NCBI GenBank assembly: GCA_964436745.1
Contig: CAYTEC010000002.1
Location: 6,287 to 55,738 of the forward strand
Reading direction: 5' to 3'
Origin: an uncultured Dehalococcoidia bacterium
GTDB lineage: Bacteria > Chloroflexota > Dehalococcoidia > Lucifugimonadales > UBA1127
Length of the DNA stretch: 49,452 nucleotides
A model generated the notes under the pieces. The model was not told the origin of the DNA, ran no database searches, and was given only the letters and a program-made list of their open reading frames with translations. Of the stretch, positions 1-9,495 are shown piece by piece (the first letter of the stretch is position 1; every line of letters starts with the position of its first letter). A program made the position numbers and the translations under genes.

Positions 1-1
1 C

Positions 2-502
2 GTGGCTTTGCGAGGAGGGCCTTCGTCACAGGTTGAGTCAGTCTGTGATGAGATCGCAGCCCGCATACTCATGCCCGAATCGGCGTTCGTATCACATGCG
101 GGGACGTTCGGCTGGAGCCTTGGAGGAGTCCACAGTTTGGCATCGCGATTCGAGACATCGATCACGGCCACCGCTCTGCGGCTATCCAAGTTGCACCCGG
201 AACCCTGCGCCTTGACTTTCTGGTCCTTGCGCAACATGACTAGTTGGAATCGGCTACTTCCGGCGTGGACGGTGACCAACGATCGTCACACAGGTGGAAG
301 GATAGACATCATCCCGCGACCAGGCATGGACCCTCTGCCCACCGTGCGATCGGCGGCGCATACAGCAGACCTCGCCACGGGAACCGAGCAGGTCCGCGAG
401 GGGCGCCGCGGCCGAGTCATGGAGCGGTACACAGAGGCGAGGCGCTTCGGGAAGGGAGATGGAGCGTTCGTCCTAACCCTGACGCATTTGGACAAGATGT
501 GA
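2..502 (+). CDS. ImmA/IrrE-family metallo-endopeptidase, C-terminal part (5' end outside window)
   Basis: VESVCDEIAARILMPE matches the E-x-x-(A/C)-(D/N)-x-x-AA-x-x-LMP motif of ImmA/IrrE proteins, followed by HTH-like LASRFETSITATALRL. The HExxH motif would lie upstream of the window. Confidence 0.7.
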   Translation: MALRGGPSSQVESVCDEIAARILMPESAFVSHAGTFGWSLGGVHSLASRFETSITATALRLSKLHPEPCALTFWSLRNMTSWNRLLPAWTVTNDRHTGGRIDIIPRPGMDPLPTVRSAAHTADLATGTEQVREGRRGRVMERYTEARRFGKGDGAFVLTLTHLDKM

Positions 503-589
503 GCCTTGACCAGCGGTCCACAGCACGCGCCGCCAGCAGACCCCCCAAGGGGGCCTGACCGGCGGTCCAGAGAAAGGGGTAGTCAAGCC

Positions 590-820
590 ATGGACGCTCC
601 CTTGTATCGATGGGAAGGCGCGGCCGACGTGGAATTATCACGGCTGGAGGACGACGCCCAGCCGCCGGAGCAACCCGAGGGCGGCGCGTCGCCGCCGATG
701 GACCCCGCCCACTACAAGCAGAGCGCCATCAAGCGCGGGGCCACACCGGTCATGGCCAGCGTGATGCGGGGCAAGGCCGTCCACCGTTCGGCGCGGGCCT
801 GGAGGCCGCTGCGCTCGTAA
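590..820 (+). CDS. Hypothetical protein (76 aa)
   Basis: ATG at 590 preceded by purine-rich AAAGGGG, GC3-rich codons, fits between neighbours. Confidence 0.5.
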   Translation: MDAPLYRWEGAADVELSRLEDDAQPPEQPEGGASPPMDPAHYKQSAIKRGATPVMASVMRGKAVHRSARAWRPLRS

Positions 821-863
821 GTGTCAGAACCGCGACGCCGAATCCCAACACCGAGGTGCGAGA

Positions 864-1184
864 GTGAGTGAGAGCAAGCGCCACAAGCAACTGAAGCGGC
901 GCGCCGCGGGTTCCTCCGGCCGAACGGAAGTCCCCTTGCAAGGAGGCGGACGTTTGGACGCGGCAACCAAGCGCCGAGCGACCGAAGTGGAGCTGAGCGG
1001 GAACTTCCCTGCGGCGGCAAGCAGGCTTCGAAGAAGCGGCCTCAATCAGAAGGTTCTTCAAGTCCCTCAGCAGGACATGCCGAAAGCCCGAGCCGCAATG
1101 AGGGCTGCAGGCGTGGGAGGCACGGTCAAGAACCTCTCCGGCACGCGCCGGTCCAGCGTCCTCCGGCGACGGAGAAGGCCGTAG
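864..1184 (+). CDS. Small highly basic hypothetical protein with PD-(D/E)xK-like motifs
   Basis: GTG start after GAGGTG RBS. Motifs ESKRHKQLK and TEVPLQGGGRLDAATKRRATEVELSG. Confidence 0.65.
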   Translation: MSESKRHKQLKRRAAGSSGRTEVPLQGGGRLDAATKRRATEVELSGNFPAAASRLRRSGLNQKVLQVPQQDMPKARAAMRAAGVGGTVKNLSGTRRSSVLRRRRRP

Positions 1185-1237
1185 TTCCTTTGGCCCTCCC
1201 AGTTGTCCAACTACAACCTACCCACCAGGAGTCCGCA

Positions 1238-3823
1238 ATGCTGGAAGCCCACGCAGACCAGACAGTAGAGCGCGCCGCCCTCCTCCGGGAGCTGCGCGAG
1301 ACCATGGCCCGGGAGTCGGACCCGACCGTTCGGGAATCCCTCCAGCGCGCCATCGCCGCCCTGGAGTCGGCGGAGGGGGCGCTGGACGCTCCCGAGGCGC
1401 GTCGGCGTATCGGCAGCGCCCTGCGAGCCGCTGGCCTGACGGCCGAGCCGCCGGAGGGCGCGCCCCAGCTCACCGAGAACGCCAAGGTGGTCCTCTCGCG
1501 GCGTTACCTGCTCAAGGACGAGCGGGGTGAGCCGGCGGAGACGCCGGAGGGAATGCTCTGGCGGGTCGCCCGCGCAATCGCGGACGCGGACCGGCTGTAC
1601 CCCGACGACTTGCCGAACGCATCGAACAGCAACGGCGCCGCCGGATCGTCGCGTATCGGCGATGCGGAGGTCATGGACGCCCGGGTGGAGGCGACGGCGC
1701 AGTCGTTCTACCGGGCGATGAGCCGGCTGTGGTTCCTGCCCAACTCGCCCACGATGATGAACGCCGGCAGCGGCGCCGGCACGCTGAGCGCCTGCTTCGT
1801 CCTCCCCCTGGAGGACAGCATGACGGACATCATGCAGGCGGCCACGGACATCGCCATGGTCCAGAAGTTCGGCGGCGGCACGGGCGTGGCCCTCTCACGG
1901 CTCCGGCCCAAGGGCGCCTCCATATCGACGACCCACGGCCGCGCCTGCGGACCCATCGCGGTCCTCCAGCACCTCTCCTCCGTATCGACGATGATCACCC
2001 AGGGCGGCAAGCGGGACGGCGCGAACATGGCCGTGATGGACGTGCACCACCCCGATATCTCGGAGTTCATCACCTGCAAGCACCAGGAAGGGCTCATCAC
2101 CAACTACAACATCTCCGTGGGGGCGACGGACGACTTCATGCAGGCGGTGCGGGACGGCGGGCCGATCGACGTCAAAGACCCAACGACCGGGGAGACCCTC
2201 CGTCAGCGGGACGCGCGAGACCTGTTCGAGCAGATCGTCGAAGGCGCCTGGCGGAACGGCGAGCCGGGGATGGTCTTCCTGGACACGATCAATCGCTCCC
2301 ATCCCACGCCTCAGTTGGGGCGGATATCCGCCACCAACCCGTGCGGCGAGCAGCCGCTGCTGCCCAACGAGTCGTGCAACCTGGGCTCAATCAACCTGGC
2401 GCGGATGCTGCGCTACACGCCGGACGGCGCGGAGATCGCCTGGGACCGCCTGGCGGAGACCGTTACGATGGCGGTCCACTTCCTCGACAACGTCATCGAC
2501 GCCAACCAATACTCGGTCCCGGCCATCGAGCGGGTCACCAAGCTCACGCGGAAGATCGGCCTGGGGGTGATGGGCTTCGCCGACATGCTGGTGCGGCTCG
2601 GCATCCCCTACGACTCGGACGAGGGTCTCGCGACGGCCCGCGACGTGATGGGGTTCATCTCCCATGAGGCGGACGCCGCGTCCAGCGCACTGGCGGAGAC
2701 GCGCGGCACGTTCCCCGCCTTCAAGGGGAGCCGCCTGGACCACCCCGGCGCCCCGCCCATGCGCAACGCCTGCCGCCTGACCGTGGCCCCCACCGGCACC
2801 ATATCGATGGTCGCCGGCTGCTCCAGCGGCGTCGAGCCTATCTTCGCCCTGGCCTTCCGCAAGCACAACATCCTGGAGGGTCAGACTCTCTTCTACATCG
2901 ACGAAGCATTCGAGGCCGTGTCGCGCAACGAGGGCTTCTACTCGGACGAGCTGACCGATTGGCTCTCCGAGGGTAACTCCCTCCAGGCCACCGCGGACGT
3001 GCCGGGGTGGACGAAGCGCGTGTTCGTCACAGCCCCGGTCATAGCACCGGAGTGGCACGTGCGAATGCAAGCCGCGTTTCAGGAGCACACCGACTCCGCC
3101 ATATCGAAGACCATCAACTTCCCCAATGAGGCGACGGTGGAAGACGTACGCCGCACCTACGATCTGTCATGGGATCTGGGGTGCAAGGGCATCACCGTCT
3201 ACCGGGCGGGCAGCCGGGAAAAGGAAGTGCTGACTGCGGGGACGGTTACAAGGGAAGGGACCGACTCGCCGGAAGCGGCGGGCCACCTGGTGCCACGGCA
3301 GCGTCCCCAGAGCGTCCGAGGAATGACCGAGCGGATTCGGACGGGCCACGGCACCATGTACGTCACCATCAACGTAGACGACGATGGCCGCCCCTTCGAG
3401 GTGTTCACCGCACTCGGCAAGGGCGGCAGCTCCGACTCGGCCCAGCTTGAGGCGGTATCACGCCTGATCTCGATGGCGCTGCGGGCGGGGGTCGATCCCG
3501 AATCGATCATCTCCCAGCTCCGGGGCATCACGGACGACCCGGTGTGGGACAGCGGCGTGCTGGTGCGCTCGGCCCCGGACGCCGTGGCACTGGCGCTGTC
3601 GCGCGCCGTCGGCGGCGAGGGTCCGAGCCCCTATGGGGCGCAGTTCGCGCTCTTCAAGCGGGATGCGGTCGACCGTGGGACGACGGGTACAGTGGCGGTG
3701 GCCGACGGTCCCACGGAGGGCGGCGTGAGCGGCTGGGGCCGCTGCCCCGAGTGCTCCGGCCCCCTGGTCTCCCAGGAGGGGTGCCTCATGTGCCGGGAGT
3801 GCGGCTACAACAAGTGTGGATAA
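1238..3823 (+). CDS. nrdJ: Adenosylcobalamin-dependent (class II) ribonucleoside-diphosphate reductase with C-terminal TSCPD/Zn-ribbon region
   Basis: FLPNSPTMMNAG, LSACFVL, GGGTG, ATNPCGEQPL, ESCNLGSINL, TVAPTGTIS, KGITVYR and C-terminal CPECSG..QEGCLMCRECGYNKC. ATG 1238 follows AGGAG. Confidence 0.95.
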   Translation: MLEAHADQTVERAALLRELRETMARESDPTVRESLQRAIAALESAEGALDAPEARRRIGSALRAAGLTAEPPEGAPQLTENAKVVLSRRYLLKDERGEPAETPEGMLWRVARAIADADRLYPDDLPNASNSNGAAGSSRIGDAEVMDARVEATAQSFYRAMSRLWFLPNSPTMMNAGSGAGTLSACFVLPLEDSMTDIMQAATDIAMVQKFGGGTGVALSRLRPKGASISTTHGRACGPIAVLQHLSSVSTMITQGGKRDGANMAVMDVHHPDISEFITCKHQEGLITNYNISVGATDDFMQAVRDGGPIDVKDPTTGETLRQRDARDLFEQIVEGAWRNGEPGMVFLDTINRSHPTPQLGRISATNPCGEQPLLPNESCNLGSINLARMLRYTPDGAEIAWDRLAETVTMAVHFLDNVIDANQYSVPAIERVTKLTRKIGLGVMGFADMLVRLGIPYDSDEGLATARDVMGFISHEADAASSALAETRGTFPAFKGSRLDHPGAPPMRNACRLTVAPTGTISMVAGCSSGVEPIFALAFRKHNILEGQTLFYIDEAFEAVSRNEGFYSDELTDWLSEGNSLQATADVPGWTKRVFVTAPVIAPEWHVRMQAAFQEHTDSAISKTINFPNEATVEDVRRTYDLSWDLGCKGITVYRAGSREKEVLTAGTVTREGTDSPEAAGHLVPRQRPQSVRGMTERIRTGHGTMYVTINVDDDGRPFEVFTALGKGGSSDSAQLEAVSRLISMALRAGVDPESIISQLRGITDDPVWDSGVLVRSAPDAVALALSRAVGGEGPSPYGAQFALFKRDAVDRGTTGTVAVADGPTEGGVSGWGRCPECSGPLVSQEGCLMCRECGYNKCG

Positions 3824-3968
3824 GGCCCGCCGGGGAGGGGCCGATCCCATCGGCCCACCTACCCCGAGGGTTTTCACTGAGTCGGGGGCGGGTGCGTTTC
3901 CTCCAGCGTGCCCGCCCCCGATCGATTCTTCGCCCCGTGCCGGACCAAGGACTCGTGCCGGCGAGCAC

Positions 3969-4718
3969 GTGACCGCCGACGTGGCGGAGCCGGAAGAGCG
4001 ACCACACGGCATGGTCGCCCATGCCTCCCACTCCACCGCGCCGCGCTTGGCCGCGCTACGGGATAGGATCGTCGAGTGCCGCCGGTGCCCCAGACTGGTG
4101 GAGCACCGGGAACGCATGGCCCGCGAGAAGCGGCCCCGATTCGTCGCGTGGGACTACTGGGGCCTGCCGGTGCCCGGCTTCGGCGATCCGGCCGCGCGCC
4201 TGTGCATCGCCGGGCTCGCGCCGGCGTCCCACGGAGGCAACCGGACCGGCCGTGTCTTCACCGGCGACCCCTCCGCCACCTTCCTCATGGCTGCCCTGCA
4301 TCGAGCCGGGTTCGCGAACCAACCCACCTCGGAGCACCGCGACGACGGGCTGCGCCTCCACGACGCCTACATCCTCGCCGCCCTGCGCTGCGCCCCGCCG
4401 AACGATCGTCCGACGGCACGGGAGATGGCACAGTGCCGATCGTTCATGGAGGAGGAAATGGGCCTCCTGCCAAACGTCCGGGCGGTGCTGGCCTTGGGTC
4501 GGATCGGATTCGATGCATACCTGCGGACCGTCGCAGGATTGGTGGGGAAGCGTCCGCCGTTCCGGCACGGGGCGCGCCACGATCTCGGCGACGGCCTCCC
4601 GACACTGTTCGCGTCCTACCACCCGAGCCCGCGCAACACCAACACAGGCCGGCTCACGGCGGAGGCGTTCGCGGAAGTGCTGGCGGACATCCGAGAGCAC
4701 CTGCAAGCGGGGTCTTGA
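3969..4718 (+). CDS. udgB: Uracil-DNA glycosylase family 5 (4Fe-4S, UdgB-type)
   Basis: CRRCPRL, YWGLPVPGFGD, GLAPASHGGNRTGRVFTGD, RCAPPNDRP, SYHPSPRNTNTG. Start uncertain (GTG 3969 or ATG 4011). Confidence 0.9.
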   Translation: MTADVAEPEERPHGMVAHASHSTAPRLAALRDRIVECRRCPRLVEHRERMAREKRPRFVAWDYWGLPVPGFGDPAARLCIAGLAPASHGGNRTGRVFTGDPSATFLMAALHRAGFANQPTSEHRDDGLRLHDAYILAALRCAPPNDRPTAREMAQCRSFMEEEMGLLPNVRAVLALGRIGFDAYLRTVAGLVGKRPPFRHGARHDLGDGLPTLFASYHPSPRNTNTGRLTAEAFAEVLADIREHLQAGS

Positions 4719-4752
4719 GGCGCGCCCGGGGGAACTAGGCGTGCGCGATTCC

Positions 4753-4782
4753 TTGACACCAGGCCGCTCCCGCAGCTACCAT
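4753..4782 (+). promoter_or_regulatory. Sigma70-type promoter for tRNA-Asp
   Basis: TTGACA-N18-TACCAT ending 10 nt before the tRNA. Confidence 0.7.
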
Positions 4783-4792
4783 CGATGAGCAC

Positions 4793-4869
4793 GGCCCGGT
4801 GGTGTAGTGGCCTAACACACCGCCCTGTCACGGCGGAGATCGTGGGTTCGAATCCCATCCGGGTCGCCA
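4793..4869 (+). tRNA. tRNA-Asp (GTC)
   Basis: Acceptor stem GGCCCGG/CCGGGTC, D-arm GGTGTAGTGGCCTAACAC, anticodon arm CCGCC-CTGTCAC-GGCGG, T-loop GGTTCGAATCC, encoded CCA. Confidence 0.97.
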
Positions 4870-4918
4870 CCAGTCAGTTGTCTCCCCTGCCATGCGGGGA
4901 GCGTCGCGTGGACAGCAA

Positions 4919-4948
4919 AGGCCGCATGAACAGGGCGGCCTTCTTGTT
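4919..4948 (+). terminator. Probable intrinsic terminator downstream of tRNA
   Basis: AAGGCCGC-N9-GCGGCCTT followed by CTTGTT. Another hairpin, CTCCCCTGC-CAT-GCGGGGAG, lies just upstream. Confidence 0.5.
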
Positions 4949-5342
4949 GGTCGGAGCGCCGGAAATAGGTCTCGGAGGCCGCACGCGTTACCCGTCCGCC
5001 ACCCGCCCGTCACGATCGCTTTCTCAGCACAACGTGGGTTGCGCCGCCGACCACGATGTCGGGCAAGGCTGCAAATACCAGCCCGTGGCCAGCACGGCGA
5101 GGCGCGTGGGAACTGCGAACCCTCGTCCGCCCTCTACACTCGAATCATATCCCCCGCTGATGGAGCAGTCATTCACAAGGCTGGCGGTGACGATCTCAAA
5201 GCCTGTGACGACATCAGGACCGTTGGGAAGCAAGAGCGGCTTCACCTACCCCCAAGACTTGCGCCAGACGCCGCGATGGTCCTGCCAGGACTTGAGGCAG
5301 TGCGAGCCTCGAGGCACGGCGCTCAGTCGCGCCCCGGATCCG

Positions 5343-6626
5343 CTACGGCCGCTGCGACCAGCAGCACCGCTTTGCCTTGAGCCCGCTGCCACATGGGCAT
5401 GGGTCGTTGCGGCCGATGCCTCGCCAGCGAACCAGCGACTCGGCGCGCCGCTCGGCCATGATGGCCTGGGGATGCATTCCCCGCCGCCTGCCCTCGACGA
5501 CTCGTCTCAGCGGCTGTTCGACGTGCGCGAAGAACTGCCTCAGGCCGTCGCAGAGGTAGTTGAGCCCGGGCTCGCCGTCATCCGCGCTCGCGAAGCGGTC
5601 CTTTGGGCACCCGCCGTTGCATACCTCGAGCCACTGGCAGGAGCGGCACTGCGCTGGAAGGAGGTCCCGCTTGTCCTCGCCGAAACGAACCTGGCTCGGA
5701 GCATCGACCAGCTCGCCCAGGAGGGAGGTGTCGAGGTCGCCGATGCGGTGCTCGGCCGTGACAAAGTGATCGCAAGCGTACACGCCGGCGTCGTGCTCTA
5801 GGACGAACACCCGCCCACAGGTCGGGGCCATCCAGCACACATTGGCCGTTCCTCCCGCCCACACGAGCGACATCTCGGCGAAGAATTGGACCTCCAGCCT
5901 TCCGATGTCGTGGTGGACCCACTCGTCGAACACCGCGCTGAGGAACCGCCCATACCCCTCGGGTGTCACGGACTCCACCACCACCTGCCCATCCCGGTCG
6001 CGTCGCACGATAGGTATGAACTGGATCCATCCGGTATCGAGGGTTCTGAGCGCACGGTAGACGCCCAGCGGGTCTTCCGCCACCGCCGAGTTCACCGTGC
6101 ACAGCAGGTCTGGCTGGATGCCGTGGGCCTGCAGGCGACGAACACCCGCCACCGCTCGATCATATGAGCCACGGCCACGGCGGTCCTTGCGATGGGCATC
6201 GTGCAGCCACCGCGTGCCATCGACGCTCAGCCCCACATCGAAGTGCTCATCGGCCAGAAACGCGCACCACTTCTCATCGAGGAGCGTGCCGTTGGTCTGA
6301 AGGTTGTTCAGGCAGGTCCACCCGTCGGGGAGGTAGCGTTTCTGCAGCTCCACGGCGCGTCGAAAGAAGTCGAGTCCCGCCAACGTCGGCTCGCCGCCAT
6401 GCCACACGAACGGGACGATCGGTCCTGGGCTGGCCTCCATGACCTGACGGACGTAGGTTTCCAGCAGGGCGTCCGACATCCGGAATCGATGCGGGCGAGT
6501 GTAGAAGCTCGTGGTATCGAGATAGTAGCAGTAGGTGCAATCCAGGTTGCATATGGGACCGATCGGCTTCGCCATGACCACGAAGGGCTCGCGAGCCGAT
6601 TTCTCATCAGTCGGGACTCCGCTCAC
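5343..6626 (-). CDS. Anaerobic sulfatase maturase-type radical SAM/SPASM protein with C-terminal SEC-C motif
   Basis: AKPIGPICNLDCTYCYY, WHGGEPTL, QTNGTLL, YACDHF, CRSCQWLEVCNGGCPKDR and terminal GRNDPCPCGSGLKAKRCC. GGAGG RBS. Confidence 0.9.
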   Translation of the reverse strand: MSGVPTDEKSAREPFVVMAKPIGPICNLDCTYCYYLDTTSFYTRPHRFRMSDALLETYVRQVMEASPGPIVPFVWHGGEPTLAGLDFFRRAVELQKRYLPDGWTCLNNLQTNGTLLDEKWCAFLADEHFDVGLSVDGTRWLHDAHRKDRRGRGSYDRAVAGVRRLQAHGIQPDLLCTVNSAVAEDPLGVYRALRTLDTGWIQFIPIVRRDRDGQVVVESVTPEGYGRFLSAVFDEWVHHDIGRLEVQFFAEMSLVWAGGTANVCWMAPTCGRVFVLEHDAGVYACDHFVTAEHRIGDLDTSLLGELVDAPSQVRFGEDKRDLLPAQCRSCQWLEVCNGGCPKDRFASADDGEPGLNYLCDGLRQFFAHVEQPLRRVVEGRRRGMHPQAIMAERRAESLVRWRGIGRNDPCPCGSGLKAKRCCWSQRP

Positions 6627-6726
6627 CAATTTGCCCCTCCTCTGTCGGGGGCCCGCCTACTCGACGCGGGGGCTGCGTCAGAATAGACGGGCCCTCACCC
6701 ATTGATTGTGGGGCAGATGGGGGGAG

Positions 6727-7491
6727 CTACGCCCCCAGGTGCTTTTCGAAGAACGCCCAGACCTTGTTCCAGCCGTCCACCGCGGCCTCCTGGCGGTACA
6801 TGGGCCGATCGTAGTAGAAGAAGCCGTGGCCCGCGCCGTCGTAGCGGTGGAACTCGTATTCTTTGCCGTGGTTCTTTAGCTCCTGCTCCTGTGTGTCCAC
6901 CTGGTCGGGCGGGGGGTTCTGGTCGTCGTTGCCGAACAGGCCGAGCAGGGGGCACGAGAGGTCCTTGGTGTATTCCAACGGCGACACTGGCTGGTTGGGC
7001 GTGAGCCGGTCCGCAGCTTGCACCACGTTGCCGCCCCAGCAGTCGACCGCGGCGTCGAAGATTCCGTCCGTCCGGCAGGCGGTGAGGAAAGTCTGACGGC
7101 CGCCCGAGCAGGTGCCGATGAGGCCTACCTTCCCGTTGAGCTGGCCCGTGGCCCGGAGGTAGGCGGCAGCCGCAGTCATGTCGCCGACCACCTGGTCGTC
7201 AGGCACGCCCCCCCCCGCGCGGGCCTGAGCAGCCACGTCTTCCGGCGTGCCGTGCCCCACGCGGCAGTAGATGTCCGGGCACAGGGCGACGTAGCCGTGG
7301 TGGGCGAATCGACGGGTGGTCTCCTTGTAGAACTCGTCCCAGCCGGGCATGTGCGCTATGAGCACGACCCCGGGGAACGGACCATCGCCCGTCGGCTTGG
7401 CGAGGTAGCCGTGGATCGTGTCCCCCTGGTGACCCTGCATGGTCACGGTCTCCGCGACCATCCCCTCGTACTGGTCCGTCGTGTATGGCAT
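6727..7491 (-). CDS. Dienelactone hydrolase family protein
   Basis: GPFPGVVLI, nucleophile GTCSGG, LFGNDD, YDGAGHGF. AGGAGGT RBS. Confidence 0.92.
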   Translation of the reverse strand: MPYTTDQYEGMVAETVTMQGHQGDTIHGYLAKPTGDGPFPGVVLIAHMPGWDEFYKETTRRFAHHGYVALCPDIYCRVGHGTPEDVAAQARAGGGVPDDQVVGDMTAAAAYLRATGQLNGKVGLIGTCSGGRQTFLTACRTDGIFDAAVDCWGGNVVQAADRLTPNQPVSPLEYTKDLSCPLLGLFGNDDQNPPPDQVDTQEQELKNHGKEYEFHRYDGAGHGFFYYDRPMYRQEAAVDGWNKVWAFFEKHLGA

Positions 7492-7839
7492 CACACCACC
7501 TCCTTTTTGCTCGGCCCATCTTGGACTCGCCCCGATGGCCTGTCAAGCGCGGGCCTCGCCTCCGCGAAGACGCTCCGCAGCGCCCAGGTTCGGGCGGCCA
7601 CACGCGTGGCCGCGTGCGACCGTCGCCGATGCGCCGTCCCACTGGGTTCACGGGACTGGGGTACGGGTGTGGAATCGCGGGGCCACAGGGCTTCTCGGCA
7701 GACATCTGTCGCGAGCGGGCTGGCGGTGAAACACGGGCCGCTAGGAATCCTCGGGCGGTCGTATTCGATTGTGCCGCCGTCACGGCGCCTTTGCTTCAGA
7801 GGGCCCGACAAGAGTGAATCGGGTGAGGAGTGAAGGGGC

Positions 7840-8230
7840 ATGAGCAAGGCGCGGATACTTCGAGGCTTGGTGCTCTTGGCCAGCCTGGCTCTCGCACTGA
7901 TGGTGAGCGCGCCGCGGCTGAGCCCCGTCGCGCAGGCGGCTTTGCCGGGAGACAGCGGCCAGTTCGCGATCGACTCGAACCGCGACGGAAACGAAGAAAT
8001 CTACGTTACGAACGCCGATGGGAGTGGGAAGACGCTCGGCCGGATTGGCAACCTCTCAATCCCATCCCCGTGGTCATCGACATCAAACCCGGCTCCGACC
8101 CGAGCTCAGCGAACCTGAACGGAAACGGCGTAGTGCCGGTGGCTGTCCTGGGGAGCGCCTACTCCGACGTGACGGCCATCGACGTGGGGACGGTCACTTC
8201 TGGCCTGATTGGTACGGAGGCCACCCCCCG
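7840..8230 (+). pseudogene. Degenerate secreted protein relic: signal peptide, one TolB/PD40-like repeat, then out-of-frame IDIKPG-domain fragment
   Basis: The frame from ATG 7840 gives a signal peptide and DSNRDGNEEIYVTNADGSG. A different frame continues VVIDIKPGSDPSSANLNGNGVVPVAVLGS. Confidence 0.6.
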
Positions 8231-8337
8231 CAGTCGCTCGGATACCTCGACGACCTGCTCGGGCGCCAAAGCCACGCGCTCCCGCACCTCCACGGAGGCC
8301 GACTGGTGGCTGATGCCGACGACGGGTCTGAGCATTC

Positions 8338-9495
8338 CTAGGCGTCCGACCTGGCAGCGCCGGCGTCCCGCGCCGTGTCAGCAAAGTTCGATCCGGTCGT
8401 CGGGGTCGCGCCGAGTCCTTCCACCCACCCAGGCGGCTGTAAGACGCACGATGGCTCCGCGGCCAGGTAGTCGCCGGTCACCCCGTAGGCCCTGGCGCGA
8501 CAGCCCCCGCAGACAGTGTTGTACGGACATACGCCGCACTTCCCCTTCAGCTGAGCCGGGTCCCGCAGCGCCCGGAACAGGGGGGAGTTCCGGTACGTCT
8601 CCACCAGCGAGTCTCGGCGCACGTTGCCCGCGGCGATCGGGAGGAAGCCGCTCGGAAGGATGTCGCCTCGGTGTGAAACAAAACAGATGCCCTTGCCATC
8701 GTTTGTGGTGCCGATCCCGGCGGCCCGCTCACCCTCGCTCCGCTGGATCATCACGCGGCGGTAGGGCTGGCCCAGGGTGGTCTTAACCTGGTAGGTGGCC
8801 TTGAGGGATAGGTCGTAGAGCCAGTTGAAGGTGGCCTCGTGCTCCTCAGGCGATACCAGATCGTCGGTCTGCGCCCGGCCGGTGGGCACCAGGAAGAATA
8901 CGTCCCACAGCACCACGCCTAGTCCCTCCAGCAGCGATGGCATGAGGGAGAGGTCGCCGAAGGTCCGTCGGCTGACTACGGTGTTCAGCTGCACGGCAAT
9001 TCCGGCGTCCTGCGCCGTGCGAACGGCCCTCAGTGTCCTCTCGAATGAGCCGGGGACGCCGCGGAACCCATCATGGGTCTCGGGCGTGGCCCCGTCCAGG
9101 CTGAAAGAGAGGCGGCGTACCCCGGCATAGTAGACGCGCCGGAGGTTGACTGGCGTGGCCAGAGCGGTCGCGCTGGGGGCGAGGGACATGCGCAGGCCAA
9201 GATCGGTCCCGTATTGAAGGAGGTCGAAGAGGTCGCGCCGCATGAGCGCGTCGCCCCCGCTGATCACCACGATCGGCTGCCCGAACCGGCGCATCTCGTC
9301 GAGCAGCCGATACCCCTCCTCGGTCGTCAGTTCGTCGGGGTGGCGCTTTGGCTGGGCCTCGGCCCGGCAGTGGAGGCAGCGCAGCGCGCACGCCCACGTC
9401 ACCTCCCAGAAGATCACCTGGGGCGACATGGCGTAGTCTATCGGAGGCCCGCCGGCTGACCGGGGCGCCTCCGCGACCGCCTCACGGGGCTGCAT
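8338..9495 (-). CDS. Radical SAM/SPASM protein, TIGR04053-like (NirJ/AhbD-related)
   Basis: FWEVTWACALRCLHCRAEA, TNDGKGICFVSHRGDILPSGFL, GKCGVCPYNTVCGGCRARAY. ATG overlaps the upstream stop (TGATG). Confidence 0.88.
   Translation of the reverse strand: MQPREAVAEAPRSAGGPPIDYAMSPQVIFWEVTWACALRCLHCRAEAQPKRHPDELTTEEGYRLLDEMRRFGQPIVVISGGDALMRRDLFDLLQYGTDLGLRMSLAPSATALATPVNLRRVYYAGVRRLSFSLDGATPETHDGFRGVPGSFERTLRAVRTAQDAGIAVQLNTVVSRRTFGDLSLMPSLLEGLGVVLWDVFFLVPTGRAQTDDLVSPEEHEATFNWLYDLSLKATYQVKTTLGQPYRRVMIQRSEGERAAGIGTTNDGKGICFVSHRGDILPSGFLPIAAGNVRRDSLVETYRNSPLFRALRDPAQLKGKCGVCPYNTVCGGCRARAYGVTGDYLAAEPSCVLQPPGWVEGLGATPTTGSNFADTARDAGAARSDA

Noticed and set aside
1185-1237. NrdR box or cobalamin riboswitch upstream of nrdJ
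   Set aside because: The gap is short and has no convincing match to either consensus.
4870-5340. Possible integrative element at tRNA-Asp, and ORF 5024-5245 as a radical SAM substrate peptide
   Set aside because: No integrase and no duplicated tRNA 3' end were seen in the window. The ORF has only a weak RBS and no recognisable precursor features.
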